Below, piece after piece: positions 37,976-52,702 of a stretch of 64,000 nucleotides of DNA. Position 1 is the first letter of the stretch; each line of letters begins with the position of its first letter. The stretch is taken from contig NC_092347.1 of assembly GCF_963676685.1 (NCBI RefSeq), forward strand, positions 73,408,001 through 73,472,000. Reading direction: 5' to 3'. Source of the DNA: Mytilus edulis. Its lineage: Eukaryota. The position numbers and the translations under genes were made by a program. The notes beneath the pieces are model-generated. The model ran no database searches. It worked only from the letters and a program-made list of their open reading frames with translations, and was not told the DNA's origin.

Positions 37976-38363
37976 AAGGCCTTAAAAGACGTAGAATTGT
38001 CGAAAGTATGTTTGGTTATTTGGTAATAGTTTTGTCTTCAAGTGTTTTTGTTTTCTCTTGATGTGAACACATACAATAATTTTTTATAATTTAATTTGGT
38101 TGAATATATATGCGAATTTCTGAACAGAAAATAATATTTGTGTTTATTACATTGGTTGCTATAAATTACATTGATTTCCCAGTTAGATAAAAACCGATAA
38201 TTTCACATGTTATTTCACTCTCTGACGTCATACAACAATAGTCGTTGTCAAGACGTCGATAACGTCGGATTAAAACAAATTGTGAATGCGTAGGAAAAAC
38301 ATATAGTTCCTTACATTTTCTACATTAATTCCATAAAAAAAGCCATTAGCCAATGTAATAAAA

Positions 38364-38544
38364 AGTATAACTAATCGCCGTATTTGAATATCAAAAATAA
38401 GACAACTTGTGACCGAACGCCGCTATGTATTAAACTCGTGCTGCGCACTCGTTTAATGACCCCCCCCCCCCCTCTTTAATCCATGCGTCGTTCGGTCACG
38501 CGTTGTCTTATTTTTGATATTCAAATACGGCGATTAGTTATACT
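38364..38544. mobile_element. Hairpin MITE with 43-bp perfect inverted arms
   Basis: agtataactaatcgccgtatttgaatatcaaaaataagacaac and its exact reverse complement ending at 38544. Confidence 0.75.
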
Positions 38545-39502
38545 ATAATTATCTTGCGAAAAAATGAAAATGATCCAGAAAATAAATATAAACAAATAAA
38601 CAAATAAACCTGTGACAATTCTGCTTCTATTGGTACCAAGTTGCTTAAAATCAAACAAAAATCGACCCCAGAATGTTTTTTTGAAAAAATGTAGTTTTAT
38701 ATACAATATATCGCAAAAAAATCTCAAGTGACGAATACTTTTGGCCACCCTATAATATATACGTGATATGTGTATTTTCCCCATCTTAATTTCAAAATAA
38801 TGAGGTGAGTTTGATATGATTGTCAATGAACTTCAATGAAGCCAATAAAAGTAATGAACGAACGAATGAATGAATATTCTATTGCAGAATCAAACATAAT
38901 ACTACAACAAAATAGGATAATATATAAAGTAAGCTGATAACAAAATAATAAAGTCATAACAAGAACAGAACTACAACTGTATTAAAATTTACATAAATTT
39001 TCGGTTAACTTGAATTCTTCAAGTCTCAATTAGCTAGTTTGCAAAAGAAATACAAGCTTTCTAAGTTTTGGCAATGAACAATAATATAGTTTGGTAAGAA
39101 CTGTAGCCTCAATTGTGTTCAATTACCTAAATGCGGGACATATCAAGGATTTGTATAGATCTAACTATACAAATCCTTGGACATATACAATTAATACAAA
39201 CAATACATGTAATGAATTTATACGCATTTTCTATAAAGATATGGCATTAATTATATATTAGTTGGGGATTTTTTTTCGACTAATGTCCCTATGGGTTTGA
39301 TCATGCACGGGCACTTGTCTGAAAAAAAATTATATCTTCAGAGATCAGTTTTAAATTTCCCGCAAAGTTTACTTTCTTTATCAACAATCAGCCAATGAAA
39401 GTTGATGTTACAATCAGACGAAAGTAACAAGGAACTTATAAATAAACATTGAAGAAATATGAAGTATAACTTTTAAGTGCTATAAGTACTAATTTCCTGA
39501 CA

Positions 39503-39772
39503 ATGTTAGCAGGAAACAGAGGACAAGATGGGTTTTATGAGTCAAACAGCGGAGGTTTCTCCTCGGATGTACTGCCTAAAACAAAGCCAAAACGCAACCA
39601 AAACACTCGGAGAGCTATCAAAGACACGCGAACGTCAGAGAAAGCACTCCAAGGAATGGGAAATAATGGAGGCAAATTATCAGAGATAAATTTTGATTCC
39701 AATAGTGATGACAATTCCGTAAAATGTTCTGGGAAGGTTAAGAGAGGAAAAGAAATAAATTCAAACAGTCAG
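39503..39772 (+). CDS. Probable first coding exon of SHB/SHF/SHD-like adaptor
   Basis: 90 hydrophilic codons from ATG; CAG|GTATGA donor, phase 0, compatible with the exon at 48222; CCAAT at about 39391. Confidence 0.6.
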
Positions 39773-40455
39773 GTATGAACTTTGATGTGCATCCCCCTTT
39801 TTTCTGTGCATAACCTCATGTCATGTGCATATAACGCGTACTAATAACCTACGTTCCACAGAATGGGTAACCTGGCATCCTGACACAGTCTTATACTTTG
39901 TCGATCTACTGTTGAGCATTAAGCCAGGATCCCAGGCAAAGGAATTATGGTGGGGTGTATACCTGTATACTAGTAGTATCCTCACTTTTAACAGTTAAGA
40001 AGTAATATACAATGTAGAAATGTGATGATTTTTTTTTTATATTTTCAGAGGTTCAATACAATAATTGATTATGAATAACTTATAAAGGTTCATTTAATTC
40101 ATTGTTGTATAATTTCAAACAACTTTCCATAAGTCCAAATTTGAAATATTCTGCACAGAAAATTTTCCTTTTTTGGCTTTTAGTTTTTAGGCTGTAAGGC
40201 TTAGGACTACAAATATTTTATAAGTTGTACAACATGTATGAAGCAGAGTACATATAAACCACAATTACAAATTTTCTATCATCTTCTATATGCAGACTTT
40301 GGCAAAACCACAAATTCCAATATCCACAAAAAATACAAAACTTCTCCTCAATCCATGAACAAATCTAGACATGAACAATCAACATGAACATGTATGCAAC
40401 ATTCAAATTTGAGTTTTTTGTCTGTGTTTTTGTTGTCTCTCTTCTACTTTTGAGG

Positions 40456-40722
40456 GCCAGGGCTTCTATGGCCGAATGGTCTAAGTAGTCAAACTACTAA
40501 ATCACTAGCCTGTCAACACTGAGGTTGTGAGTTCAAATCCTGCACAGGACAGGTGCACTCTACTCCATTCTTTAAATAATCGACGAAGATTGTCAGTTAT
40601 CCTACAGAAGGTTAGTTGTTCTCTCCAGGCACTCCTGGTGCTTCCTCCACCAATGAAAACTTATCTCTAAGATATAGCCAAATTATTTTGACAGTAGTAC
40701 CAAAAAATATGATTCAATCATT
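40456..40722 (+). mobile_element. tRNA-derived SINE with V-domain-like core
   Basis: A box tggccgaatggtctaag, B box gagttcaaatcc, core tctctccaggcactcc...ttcctccacc, (tcaa)n tail. Confidence 0.65.
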
Positions 40723-42310
40723 CAATCCACTTTTGAGTTTTGTTTCTCTCTTTTGTATCTGTTGCTTCTTTTAAAAGTTCGTATCATGTTCACATCCATT
40801 TCATTGAGTAGTATATACAATGTATGGTACAGGGTGCTGCAAAACAGACAAAACCCATGGTTTAACAATCTTATCGAAATATGTATGTCAATCTGGTGAA
40901 TGTTCAAGTGGAGTCTGTCAATCAACAAGTGAGAACCTAAATTTATGAATTATTATACACCAAGATGTCCTTAAATGTATATATATATGAAACTGGATAC
41001 CCTGCATACATGTACAGATATATCATGTGTTTTAATAACATTTGAACAAATTGCTGTAATTCCCCCTCCTAAATTATCATGATTATTGAAAACAATCATT
41101 CTACCAAAAAATGTAAGTTGAGAATGATATCCTGGTGTAAATTAGATACATGTACATTTGAACACCAATTTAAGCTAAAGACATTAAAAGATGTATCTGA
41201 AATACATGTATCTATTGATGTCTGGGATTGGAAAGATTTTTCTGCGTTGCTGATAAAAACATATGTATACATTTATTATGTAATATTATCATGATTACAT
41301 GTATCACTAAATATTATGTGCAGTAAGACTCCACCACTAATTTTTGAATTTCTACTTAAATATCTGAATATATATGTAGATACAAACATGACCTTTACAT
41401 TTTGTACATGACTTGTAATAATCTGACAAGAAGTTGAAAAATGCAAAATCTTGTTATCACAGTATCCTTGTGACTTATGGTCAATTAAAAATCAGCCTAA
41501 AACATATAATTTTTAGGCACTAAAAATTAGGGTACATGTAGTTAGGGTTAGCAGAAAGGTAATGAGAAAGGGGACCTTTGAATTTTGGTTCAATATGCAT
41601 AGGTGTTAGTACTACATGTAGGTACAGGGGGGAACACTAGAAGAGTATGATCAACTAATTATAAGGAATAATGTTTTTGCTGAATAGAGCTGGTGACCTC
41701 CAGCAGGTTTTACTGTATAAATGTTACAGATAAATTGCTGATAAAATCTGTGGATAATTCAAGGTCAACCAACAATCAAAATTATTGAGGAAGTTCAGGT
41801 CTCATTGGCACTCTTACCACATCTTCGTATTTTCATATTTAATATAAAATTACATTGTTCTAGAAAATAAAAATTGTTCAACGTTTTACAAATTTAAAAG
41901 CTTGTGTATTACATACATACAATGTATTAGAACTGCTATTAGTTTAAGCCAAGGGGGCATTGTTCCTTCTTCCTTGTATGAATAGGCTAACATATATCAT
42001 GTATATATATTTGTTTTATCTCAATAATGGAGACAGCATGATTTTAAGTCATAATTTCACCCCCAGAATTTGAAAATCAAACATCAAATGAAATTCTAAA
42101 AAATATAGGTTAACCAAACAGTCAGATATACATGTATCATGATAATATTACATCATATGAGTGTTTACATATTTAAATTTTTGTTAAGGTTTCAAACTAA
42201 ATCACCAAAGCCACAATCTTTAACTCCTTTAATCTTAACATTATAGTAACTTGAGAGAGAGAGAAAAAAATAAAATTATATCCATACATGTACTTTGCTT
42301 TGTTTAAGTT

Positions 42311-42468
42311 CTGGACCATATGAGTGTTTGGACCATACCCGTATGGTCATGACAATATGTGTATACTCATACGGTCTGACCATACACGTATGCTCCGACC
42401 GGACGTGTATTAATACCCATATGGTCATGAACATACACGTATGGTCCAAATACTCATATGGTCTGGAA
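42311..42468. repeat. Palindromic element built of short ccatacNcgtatgg-type subrepeats
   Basis: Terminal inverted arms gaccatatgagtgtttggaccatac / gtatggtccaaatactcatatggtc. Confidence 0.55.
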
Positions 42469-42584
42469 CCTTTACATACATGTATTAATGTGTGCACATT
42501 TATGTATTGAAAGTCCTATGACAATGAAACGTGGTAAAAAGGACTTGGGAACTTCTTCATCAGTTTTACTTTACAACACAACTT

Positions 42585-42922
42585 TGGCTGGCCTTAATTC
42601 ATACAGTACTTCATCCTAGAATGATAAAAAGCCTGGTCCGATTCCTGTCTGGGATGAAAATGTCAGGGACTGAATTTTCGGCTCTCCCTTGACACCATTT
42701 ATGAGTATGGTCTTGAGAAAACGATGATAGTTCGTCGGAAGGGGACATTAAATGGCTGACCTGTGTTAAGATAGAGCCATATCTCTCGCACGTTAAAGAC
42801 ACCCTTGTAGATTTCGAAAAAGAGCAGGCTAATGCCGCTACAAGGCAGCACTCGCACCGGCAAAGTGGAAAGGGATTAATATAAGTTGCAAAACTTGTTT
42901 CCCAATACACTATAAACTAAAA
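42585..42922 (+). mobile_element. SINE with Meta/Nin-like central domain
   Basis: Contains cgtcggaaggggacattaaatgg...gcacgttaaagacaccc and an A-rich 3' end. Confidence 0.45.
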
Positions 42923-45900
42923 AGCCTGTTCATAAAGACTTTTTCATAACATAAAAATTCCTTAAAAAACAGTATTAATATTAACCCAATGTCTTGTATT
43001 TCATTCAGAAGATACTAATTTTTTTTCGGTTAAAGAAACATTGTATTTTTGTTAATACTGGATTTCATTGTTAAATGCAAACTTTACATGTACCTTACAT
43101 GTGTATAAACCTATAGGAAATTAATACTTTTTTGGACATTTGAATTCATAGTTACACATGAATCATAGAAAATTGGTAACCAAAAAATAATAATGAATCC
43201 AGAGTAAGTGATAAACTGATTTTTATGACATTAAGTTTTTGCCAGCTACTACAGTAAGCTATGAGGAGCTGGATGGTGTTGACAGAATTAAAAGTAATAG
43301 GCAAACAGTATACAGAATAAAGAGCAAAGCAAATTAAAGAAAAGAGAAAAAGATAATAAACAACAGTGAATATTCTAAGGTGTTAAAATATAAAGAATGA
43401 AGAATAAGGGTCAAAATGAAAATGAGAAGGGAAGAATGGTCTAAAAAATTAAAGAATAAAGTAGTTCAAGACTGCCCTCCCTTTGTCTCCATTCCAGGCC
43501 ATCAGTTATTGCCTGCCACCATAACAAGAAGTGCAAAGGACTAAATAGTGGGTATATTGCCATGATTCGGTAATAAGAAATTGCTAAATCCACCATGTTA
43601 ATTAAGCATGTCATAAAGAGACCTATCCATCAGTCGGATTTCTCTGTATTTACTTACATTACATGGAATTTAAGTACTTTAAAATAAATCATGTGCATCA
43701 TTCTTTTAGATGTATATATGTACATCCTTTTATATTTCTAAATATACATGTTCAGGTGCAGGATAATATCCTGTTAATGCAAACTGATGGATAAGGTTAT
43801 AAACTGACTGTATTTAAATGTTTTAAATGTGGGCGGCTAGTATAATGATATATGGTTTTAACTTTATAAAATTTTGTAGAAGCATTGAGTTCAGTTTATA
43901 AGTGCTTTTCCTATAAGATACTGTTCTTATCATGATCATAAAGTTTAAAGTGCTACTTGAGTGTGGCATGATTAAAAATATCTTATTATATACCTTGTGG
44001 GATATCCATCCATAAATTAAATCAAATCAAAAGTACATGTAATAAGTCCCTCACATGTTGTTAGTTCAACAAATCTATTAAATACTTTAACAATGCCATA
44101 TCTAATCTTCTCCATTTTCAATTTGTGAAAGCATTTATATTAGGTAGAGTCTACTGTATATAATGGAATTGTTATCAATTGTCAGGTTCAGGGCCTTTTA
44201 TAGCTAACAGGGCAGTATGGTCTTTACTCATTGTTTAAAGCCATTCTGTGATGTATAAGCCATTTGGTCTATATATTTTAATTATTTATATAACACTTAA
44301 AAAAGGCCATGCAGACCATGATCTGTATTTATTATTTTTAAATATTTACAATTTTACTGCTAAAAGTAAGATCAAATCAGGAAACATGAAAAGGTTTTAT
44401 TATAGCTAGGACATTTTGTTTTGGGGTAAACTTGCACAAAATCAAAACGCTATGGTACTGATTATATTGATATCTTCCAAGATAAATAAAATAATTTGAA
44501 AATGTCTTTAGATTTGAAATCCCCTTTCTCCCTGTTCTGTTATTTTTATACACAAACATTGAGTTTTAAATAAATTTAAAATGACAGTTCAAACGTTTTA
44601 ATCTATTAATGAAGTGGAAAATAATTGTTATCTCCCTTAGAATATAAAGTTATCTGTATTTTTACACATGTATCTTTATTCATGTGAGACACCGAAACAA
44701 CTTTTATTAAAAACATTGAATTTAATGCATAAATTTGTCATTTCATGATGGAAAGATAAAGAAAAAGGATGAGGTTTTGCTTTAAAATAAAAACAATTTA
44801 GAACCACAATAGGAAGTTTGGAAAATGCAAAAGGCCTGTGCTACATTGATTTGCAAGAAATTTAAAGGGGGAAATACTGTAATTGAAAGCAAGTGTCTTT
44901 CGGACATTATCACTGCATAGTGTAGACACACAAGCAAGGGTTAAATGAATGAATATTTGTTATGGAAGAAATAAAAACATCTGCAGGTTACTTCTAAAAA
45001 ATTAAAGAAGAGATTGATATCTGCATCAAATTTTTGGGATTATCAAAGCTAAAAGTACGTCAGTACATTGATTTAATTAAGATTGACACTTAAAACAACT
45101 AAAAGTGAAACAATAAAAAATTTTTTCATAAGTTTATATAAGTGTTCTTGAAGTATCTGGGAAGTTTTGCTATCATTTGGCAATTGCGTCAGCGCTTTTA
45201 CTACGTTTTTTTTTTTTTATACATGAACAGACTCAATCACCTCAAGGGTTTCTCGATTCAAAATGATATCAAGTATATCGGATGATGCATGCTTTAACTT
45301 GTGAAGAACTTTTTATGTGACAGTTAATTACATATACATGCATGGACACTTTGTACGCTTATCAAGCACCTAAGGGCTGTTAAAGTTATCAATTGCAACT
45401 GATTCAAATGATTGTACCAATTTTGTAATAAACCATAAAGAAAAATTATGAGTAATACATATCCGACTAGCAAATGTTTGTATCATTCAGAAAATAATAA
45501 GTAAATACATGTACATATAAAAAAAACACATCCTGATTTCCTTATAAATGTATATGCAAATACATGCACATGTATAATGTTTAAAAATTTTTTTTAGAAT
45601 CACTATTACCGGTAAATTGTTAATTGAGTACTCATTGACATAATCTACAAAATAATCTTACCTACATAGAAGTGAATAGGTTTACAATAGTATAACATTG
45701 ATCATTTCCTCTCCCGGATGGGAAACCCAAAATAATTAAAGCTTTCTTTTTCCTGTTTTAAAAACAGGAGTATCTGAATGTATGAGAAAACGATGTAAAC
45801 AAAATATTCGTTTGAATTAAAAGTTAGTACTTGAAATCTTGATTTGTGAATATTTGCTTAGTCAGTATTTTTGTAGTGATTTATTATAAACATGTGTTTT

Positions 45901-46410
45901 CTCCCTAATTACTGGATGTTAGGCTACTTCTAGTAATACAAAACCACAAAGAAAATGACATCATAATAAATTGAAGGAAAAACAAATTGGCGATATCCTG
46001 TCGTTATTGTATCTTAAAGACAGCTTTGAGGAAAGAAAAATACTTTTAAATTAAATAGTGAATTTTCAAGAAAAACTGCAGTAAAACTTTGCACATATTG
46101 CTGGACTTAAACATGTTAGAATTGGATTCTTATTGCTACAAATTGGAGTATTTGTAATTTGAGTGTAAAATGTACTTTTTTCAACAAATGTTATTGTAAC
46201 TAAAAGGAAATAGATTACATTCTGCTTCCTTGAAATACAAACTTGCATGACTTGTGCAACTGTGAATCCAGGAATGGATATATACTTTCACCATTTATAA
46301 ATGCACTTTGAAGATCTGAATTTTATTCAGTGAATGAAGGGAAAACAAGGAATTCTCAAAAGGAATAATAGTTGACCTTCATTTTAAGACTTTTTATGCA
46401 TCATTGAGCT

Positions 46411-46428
46411 ATGAATGAGGAGGACCAG
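46411..46428 (+). CDS. Possible alternative first coding exon (MNEEDQ) of the SHB-like gene
   Basis: ATG followed by a strong CAG|GTATGT donor in phase 0; acceptor-like ttattcag ends at 46330. Confidence 0.3.
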
Positions 46429-48221
46429 GTATGTTTATGGACCAAACCTTACAGATTGGTCCCAGAATTTCAGAACATAAGGGGAGGGGGAGGGCAGAAT
46501 ATAGAATAACTGTTCTATAACTATAATTTGTTAAATTCAATGCCGTCTCCAGAAATTTTTAAAAGGTGGAGGGGGACACTGACTGCATAAGAGGGGCCCT
46601 CTCTAGCAATGTTTCATTGATTCCCTATATAATCAACCAATTTTTTCCTACAAGGTGGGGGTGGCTAGGCACCCACTTAATCCACCCCTGCAAATAGCCA
46701 TGACAAATTGGGTATTTTCTGTTCCCTTTATTCACTAAAGTTTATTCATTTCTATGATTTGTAAGCTAACATTAAAAGGCCTTTTGGTGTTCTGATGAAA
46801 ATGAGGTGTATGGGTACAAGCAGTTAACCTGCCATTGTATAAAAGTCATGGTCAAATTTTACAGAGGAAACCTATTTTTGTGTAATTGATAATTTTGCAG
46901 TTTTATTTTGTTGGCCTTTGCTAATTGGTCAATGAATTGAATAGTCCGAAGGTGGCATCTGCCTAGTAGTCAGGAAATATGTACTGGCTTGATTAAGTGA
47001 TTCATTTTGGTCCCAGTAATGTTTTTATTCTTTATTTGTTTCCTTGTACCTGATTCAGATTTTAAACCATCTAAAATCCATCATTAATTTGTGTCAGGGA
47101 CATTTTTTTTAGATATAATCTTAATCAAGATATAAACAACAATATATAGTTTAGGAAAATATTTATCGGTTTTGTGTGTGTGTGTGCTGAAATTGATAAC
47201 ATATATATTCATGAATTTATACATTCAATTTAAAAGAAAAATAAAGGATGTTGACAATGGAATAGGAATTAGTAATATTATAATAAGGAGATGTGGTACG
47301 ATTGCCAATGAGACAACAATCCACCAGGACTAGTTCAAATGAAGGGGATGTAAGCAAATATAGGCAAACGTTATAAACCACCTTCAATAATGAGAAAAAC
47401 CTATACAGGATGGTTGGCCCTGACATGAAAAATATGAAAGAATTCAATTCAGAAACCTAACAGGCTTATTTATAACAAAACAATTTATGACAGACCAACA
47501 AAAACCACTGAACTACAGGCTCCTAACTTGGGACCCGAACATAAAGAATGTGGCCCCTAATCTGGGACAGTGGTGTAAAACATAAGAACAACTATAATAA
47601 TCAGTGGAAAAAGGCTGAGCTTATCAGATGGATAAAAATCAATACACATCTAACAAAAACACTGAGTTGACTGTTTGTGGACAATCATTTTTAAAAGGGT
47701 GATTCCCCACCCTTGATGAAAAAAGGGGGGAGGGGGTCCAACTACATGTCCCCATTCAGATGCATTGATTGAGGTCTATAACTTGAATTTTATCTGCTTC
47801 TCTGAATATGTCAGAAACAAGACATAGTGCAATTTGAGTATTGAATTTCATCAGGTTTGTTAACATTTTAACAATAAGGGTGATTAGTTTTTTTTATAAG
47901 CAAAAAATAAAGATGTAATATTGTACATCAAATTTTATGTATTTTGTCTATTCTCAGTACGCGTAACCTTGTACCCACGAAAGGTTACAGTAGATCCCCA
48001 AAATATTCTTTTTTATAAATGAACTAACTAATAGTCAAGTGACTTACACTCAATCTTATATGACGTTCAGGAAATTGGTTCGTACTGTAACCATATATAT
48101 ATATATATAGATTCTAAAAAGGAAATTGATATATTATTTAAAATTTGTTCAGAATCATTACTTATTGAAGGAAGGATACAATCTTAATTTTATGTGAAGG
48201 ATGTACAAAATGTCATTTCAG

Positions 48222-48339
48222 ATTCAGTTGGGGGATTATTGTTTACCCCCTGACAAAAAGGAGGAGACACTTGGTGGAATAGCCTCCAGTAGGACAACAG
48301 AATATGCAGATCCATATGAAACAAAACAGATGTTAGAAG
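48222..48339 (+). CDS. Internal exon of SHB/SHF/SHD-like adaptor
   Basis: tttcag acceptor; IQLGDYCLPPDK...EYADPYETKQMLE; YADP(F/Y) motif as in the SHB family; phase 0 to 1. Confidence 0.75.
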
Positions 48340-51300
48340 GTATTTATCTTACATTTTATTACTGTAAATTCGGAAATTATTGCCAGCATTTATTAGTTTC
48401 TTTGTAGAACTGTATAAAAAAGTTGAGCTTTGAATTCAAAGCTTCATGATAATTAATTTATATTGTTTCAAGGGTAAACAAATTTTTTGAGAAAGTTGGA
48501 ACCTACTTTGTGTAATCTAGGAGGTATTTAGTATGTCAATTTAATACTTCCATGATGTTTTTAACTCCTACATTTTTCCACCCAGGTCCCTGAAACTTCA
48601 CAGGAAGATTGTGCACATGTGGAAGTTGTGCATCTGCTATTATAGAGTTGTTTGGGTATTAATTTCTCATTTTTCCAGTCTTTTTTCAGCAAAATTTATG
48701 AAACAGAATACAAGTTTTGTGTGACCATCTTTCAACCAAGATCCCTGAAACGTCACAGGAAGATTTGTCACCTAATGAAGTTGTGCACCTTTTATATTTC
48801 AAATATGTACATTTGTAAATATGCAGTATAGAGCAATCTCCTGGCCATTTGAGTCTTTGATCTATTTTTGTAAATCTTGTACCTTATAAATCAATTGTAA
48901 AATTATCTCACATCACATGCTGAAGCTTGATGGTTAGCCTGAGGCAATGATCCCCACAAAAAAGCATACATATACCTATTTATAAATAGAAAATGGTGTA
49001 GTACATGTACCATTCAACAATCTTTTTTATCTAAATCTTAGCTTATTTCTGGGTAATTATAAGAGACTAAGAGTGCATAATTTGTCTTTAACTTTTATTG
49101 CATTTTATTCTGATTTGTTTAATCAAGTAACAGGATTGCATGGACATAAACATTTTTTATAGACTGCCTTATAATGTGATGGCATTGTACACGTGGCATT
49201 GGTTGATTGTCAACTGAAGGCAATTGGTTTTCCAGACAATAACTTGATTATAATAGAGGTGTATGAATCACTATAAAATTGTACCACAAAGTTATATACC
49301 ACAACAGGAAGGTTGGGACAGAATTATGGAGGTTATGGCCTGAACAGATTAGGAATAAGGGGGCAAAAAACTTAGATTTCTTTTTTTTTAGGTCATTTAA
49401 ATTAAACTGGTGTACAATGTATATACCGTAGTTTAAATAGTGTATGGATCTCTATGAAATTGCTACATGAAATTTTAAGAAATTATACAGGGGAAATAAA
49501 TAATGGTACAGCAATAGTTTGCGCCAAAAACTTTTTAATCTACTAGTCCAGACACTTAATATCATCAAACTTGTCCCTATATGACTATATAAAATTTTGA
49601 AAATTTTTACTAGTCTGAATCAATATTTACTGGTCTAGGGCATCGGACATGGGGCTAAGGGTGCAGACTGCAGTGAGCAAGTGTCTTTTATACAGTCACT
49701 TAATAGTGTAAACACAAGCACATTCCCCATTTCTGTTCTCAATTTTATAGACTTTAATTTTTTTTACCTGTTGTTTTTTTTTTACATCTACCACATTACC
49801 ACCAAAGGGTCCAAATTGTTCGCATTCAACAAAAATTGAATAATGGGGTACCTTTGTATGCTAATCTAACCATGTATTTGGATTTCGGGCCCTGTTGTCA
49901 ATTGAGGTCTAATGGAGATTTGAACAAAATAAAAAAAAGCACATGTTGAAATGAAAAACATTTAACCAAACTATCATGAACAGAAGAGACATCAAGGAAT
50001 AAGCCAATAATTGTCTCTCAGATTGTACTAAGTTTCTACAGTCAGAATGATAAACAGTAATATATTGCACAAAAAGAAGGGTAGAAACATATCTCAAAAT
50101 ATTTTCAATGACTGTCAATTTTCTCAGTCAGTTAGATGCTACATTAATATGAAAAATTCCTTTGATGTATTGTTGTGTGTATGCATGGCAGGCAGTGACT
50201 TTAGGCATTGTTGGTCATATGCCAGGCTTAACCTAAATGCCTCATTTGGGATGAAAGGGTTAAGAAAACATTAGGTATATTTATAATGGAAATTAAAAAT
50301 TATTCCACTATTTCACAACCCCATATGATGCAGAATTTGAATATAGTTGTCATACCTTTAACATGTTTAAATTTGAATTAATTCCTTAAAAATCAAGGAG
50401 ATTTTTTAGATAGCTCTCAGAGAAAAAATGTCTACAGTGCTTTTTCTATTGCTTCAAAGGAGTGGAGGCATGCTGATTCAGGCAGTGGCTTCAACAATGT
50501 ATAAATAAGTTTGTTATTAGGTCATTTCAATGGAGATTATTTGGCAGTACCCCGTCATCCATTACATGGTTTATTGACTTGAAACTTGCTTATTAAAAAG
50601 AAGATGTGGTATGATTGCCTATGAGACATCTCTCCACAAAGACCAAATGACATAGAAATTATAGATCACTGTTGCATGTATTCGATTGTGATTAAGTCAG
50701 TTTAAGAGGAACCATTAGTGGTAGGTACATGATATTTGGTATGCAGTTGTACTAAAAGTGTTGGTAGACCCCATATCAATGGAGATTACTTTGTCCAGCC
50801 CCCTCAGTCATGGTCTATTATTGACTTTGTAACTTTCACATAGTTTATATATTACAGATCAGTTTAAGGGAAACTATTAGTGGTAGATTGTTTATCTCCC
50901 ACTCATTCATCTTTCATTGACTTTGAATATTTTGCATTACACATATTTACATTTTAAAGTTTGTGACTAGGTCAGTTTAAGATGAACATCTGATATTAAC
51001 GAAGTCAATGATATAAGGTATGCAGTTGTATTGGCATTTGCAAATCTCATTTCCTTGAGAATTATATGGCTTGAATCCCTCATTAATGTTTTTGAAACTT
51101 TTCAATACATTTAGGGGAACATTTTTTGGAGTAAAAATCCTTAAAATGGTCCAAAATTTCATAAAAAAGGGAAAGTTGAGTATTCCTTTTTATGTTCAGG
51201 GTTGTTTGAGTTGACTATTTGATCTTGAAAATGCATAAAGAAATACAAAAATTAGGCATCCTCTTGCTTCGTTTTCTATAAATTCATGCTACATTTTTAT

Positions 51301-52099
51301 ATAATTAGTTTTAAAACTCACAGTACTAAAAATAAAATATATGGGTCAAGTTCAATACTTTTCTCATGAGTCAGTGTAAGAATGAGTTTGTGTGTTTGAA
51401 TAACACTTGACAGACTTAACAAAGGGATCTTAAAAATGCATAACTTCTAATATAGGGACATAATTTTCAGAGAGTAGAATTCTGATTTAAATCATAGTAG
51501 TTCAACTGAATAATTTGGAACTAAAGAAAAGTTTTTGGATACAGAAAACACAAGAAAAATTTAAAGGTCCTGGACAAAAAGTAATTTTATACCTCTAAAA
51601 AAGAAAGATACTTTTTTTATAAATTCAGTTAGTACTAAACAAGGGCTTTTAATTTTTTTTAGTTTAATTTAATACAGTAGTGTCAGCTATAGTAAAGTGA
51701 AGATACAGTTGTTTTAAATTGTTGACTAAGGGAGATAACTGGAGTTTGATATGAGGAACAGTAAAACATGGGGATTCAGTTTAATATTTCTTTTTGCTGG
51801 TGTTTAGTAAATCACTGTCTTAGGTTAGGGGGAGTTGAGCACTCACAAATATGTTTAACCCCGCCACATTCTTTATGTGCCCGACTTAAGTCTTAAGTAG
51901 TTCAGTTGTTGTCATAATGGTTACTGTCTGTAATATTTGGTTTTTTTTTTTGTATAAAACTGTTTTGTTATTAATTAGGTAGTTAATTTTCTAAATTGAA
52001 TAGTTTTATATTTTTCATGTCAGACCCTTTTATAGCCAACTATCATGACTATACACATATTGTGCAGACCAATTAATTAAATCCGAGTTAGTACAAATG

Positions 52100-52702
52100 T
52101 AGAGTGGGGTGCGCCGGGGACACAATTTCGCCGTTTTATAATTTGGAGTTGTAAATACTTCAAAAGATGGCTGAAATGGAAGAAATATGCCGGTAACTAA
52201 GATTTTTATAACAAACATGATTTTCTTTTAAACTACGACAAAATTGCGGCACTTACCGCAAAGGACCGAAAAACGGATAACGATTTTCGACCAATTTTCT
52301 GAATGAATAACACGATTTCAAAGAAGTATTTCTTAGTAAATCTTTGACTGATTGCCCTAAATTTCAGTTCTGTACACCTTTAAAATGTCTGCCATCGCCA
52401 TCTATAATGAAATTGATTTGAAAAATATTGTTTAAAGCTGCAGTTATTTGGGTTAAAATAGATGTATAAAAACGGCAAATATGTGTCCCCCATTGACAAA
52501 ACATCAGGCAATTTCAAACACCCTTTAATCTAACTTTTCAGATGATTATTATTTTCAAACAAACACGTTTTCAAGCTTAAGAATATTTTGCATTTGAAGT
52601 TATCTTCATATAGAAATATCAGTATACTTCAAAGGCATATAGACCTGAACATAAACTGTGGAAAACATGGAAAGATATGGCAAAAATGATCACCCCACTC
52701 TA
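52100..52702. mobile_element. Non-autonomous DNA transposon (hAT-like) with 12-bp TIRs
   Basis: TAGAGTGGGGTG ... CACCCCACTCTA; no convincing TSD. Confidence 0.55.

Larger units (their letters stand above)
36755..38752. mobile_element. Non-autonomous Tc1/mariner-like element with ~110-bp imperfect TIRs and internal insertions
   Basis: tggccaaaagtattcgtcac at 36762 and its exact reverse complement at 38728..38747; similarity extends about 110 bp; TA at the right end. Confidence 0.7.
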
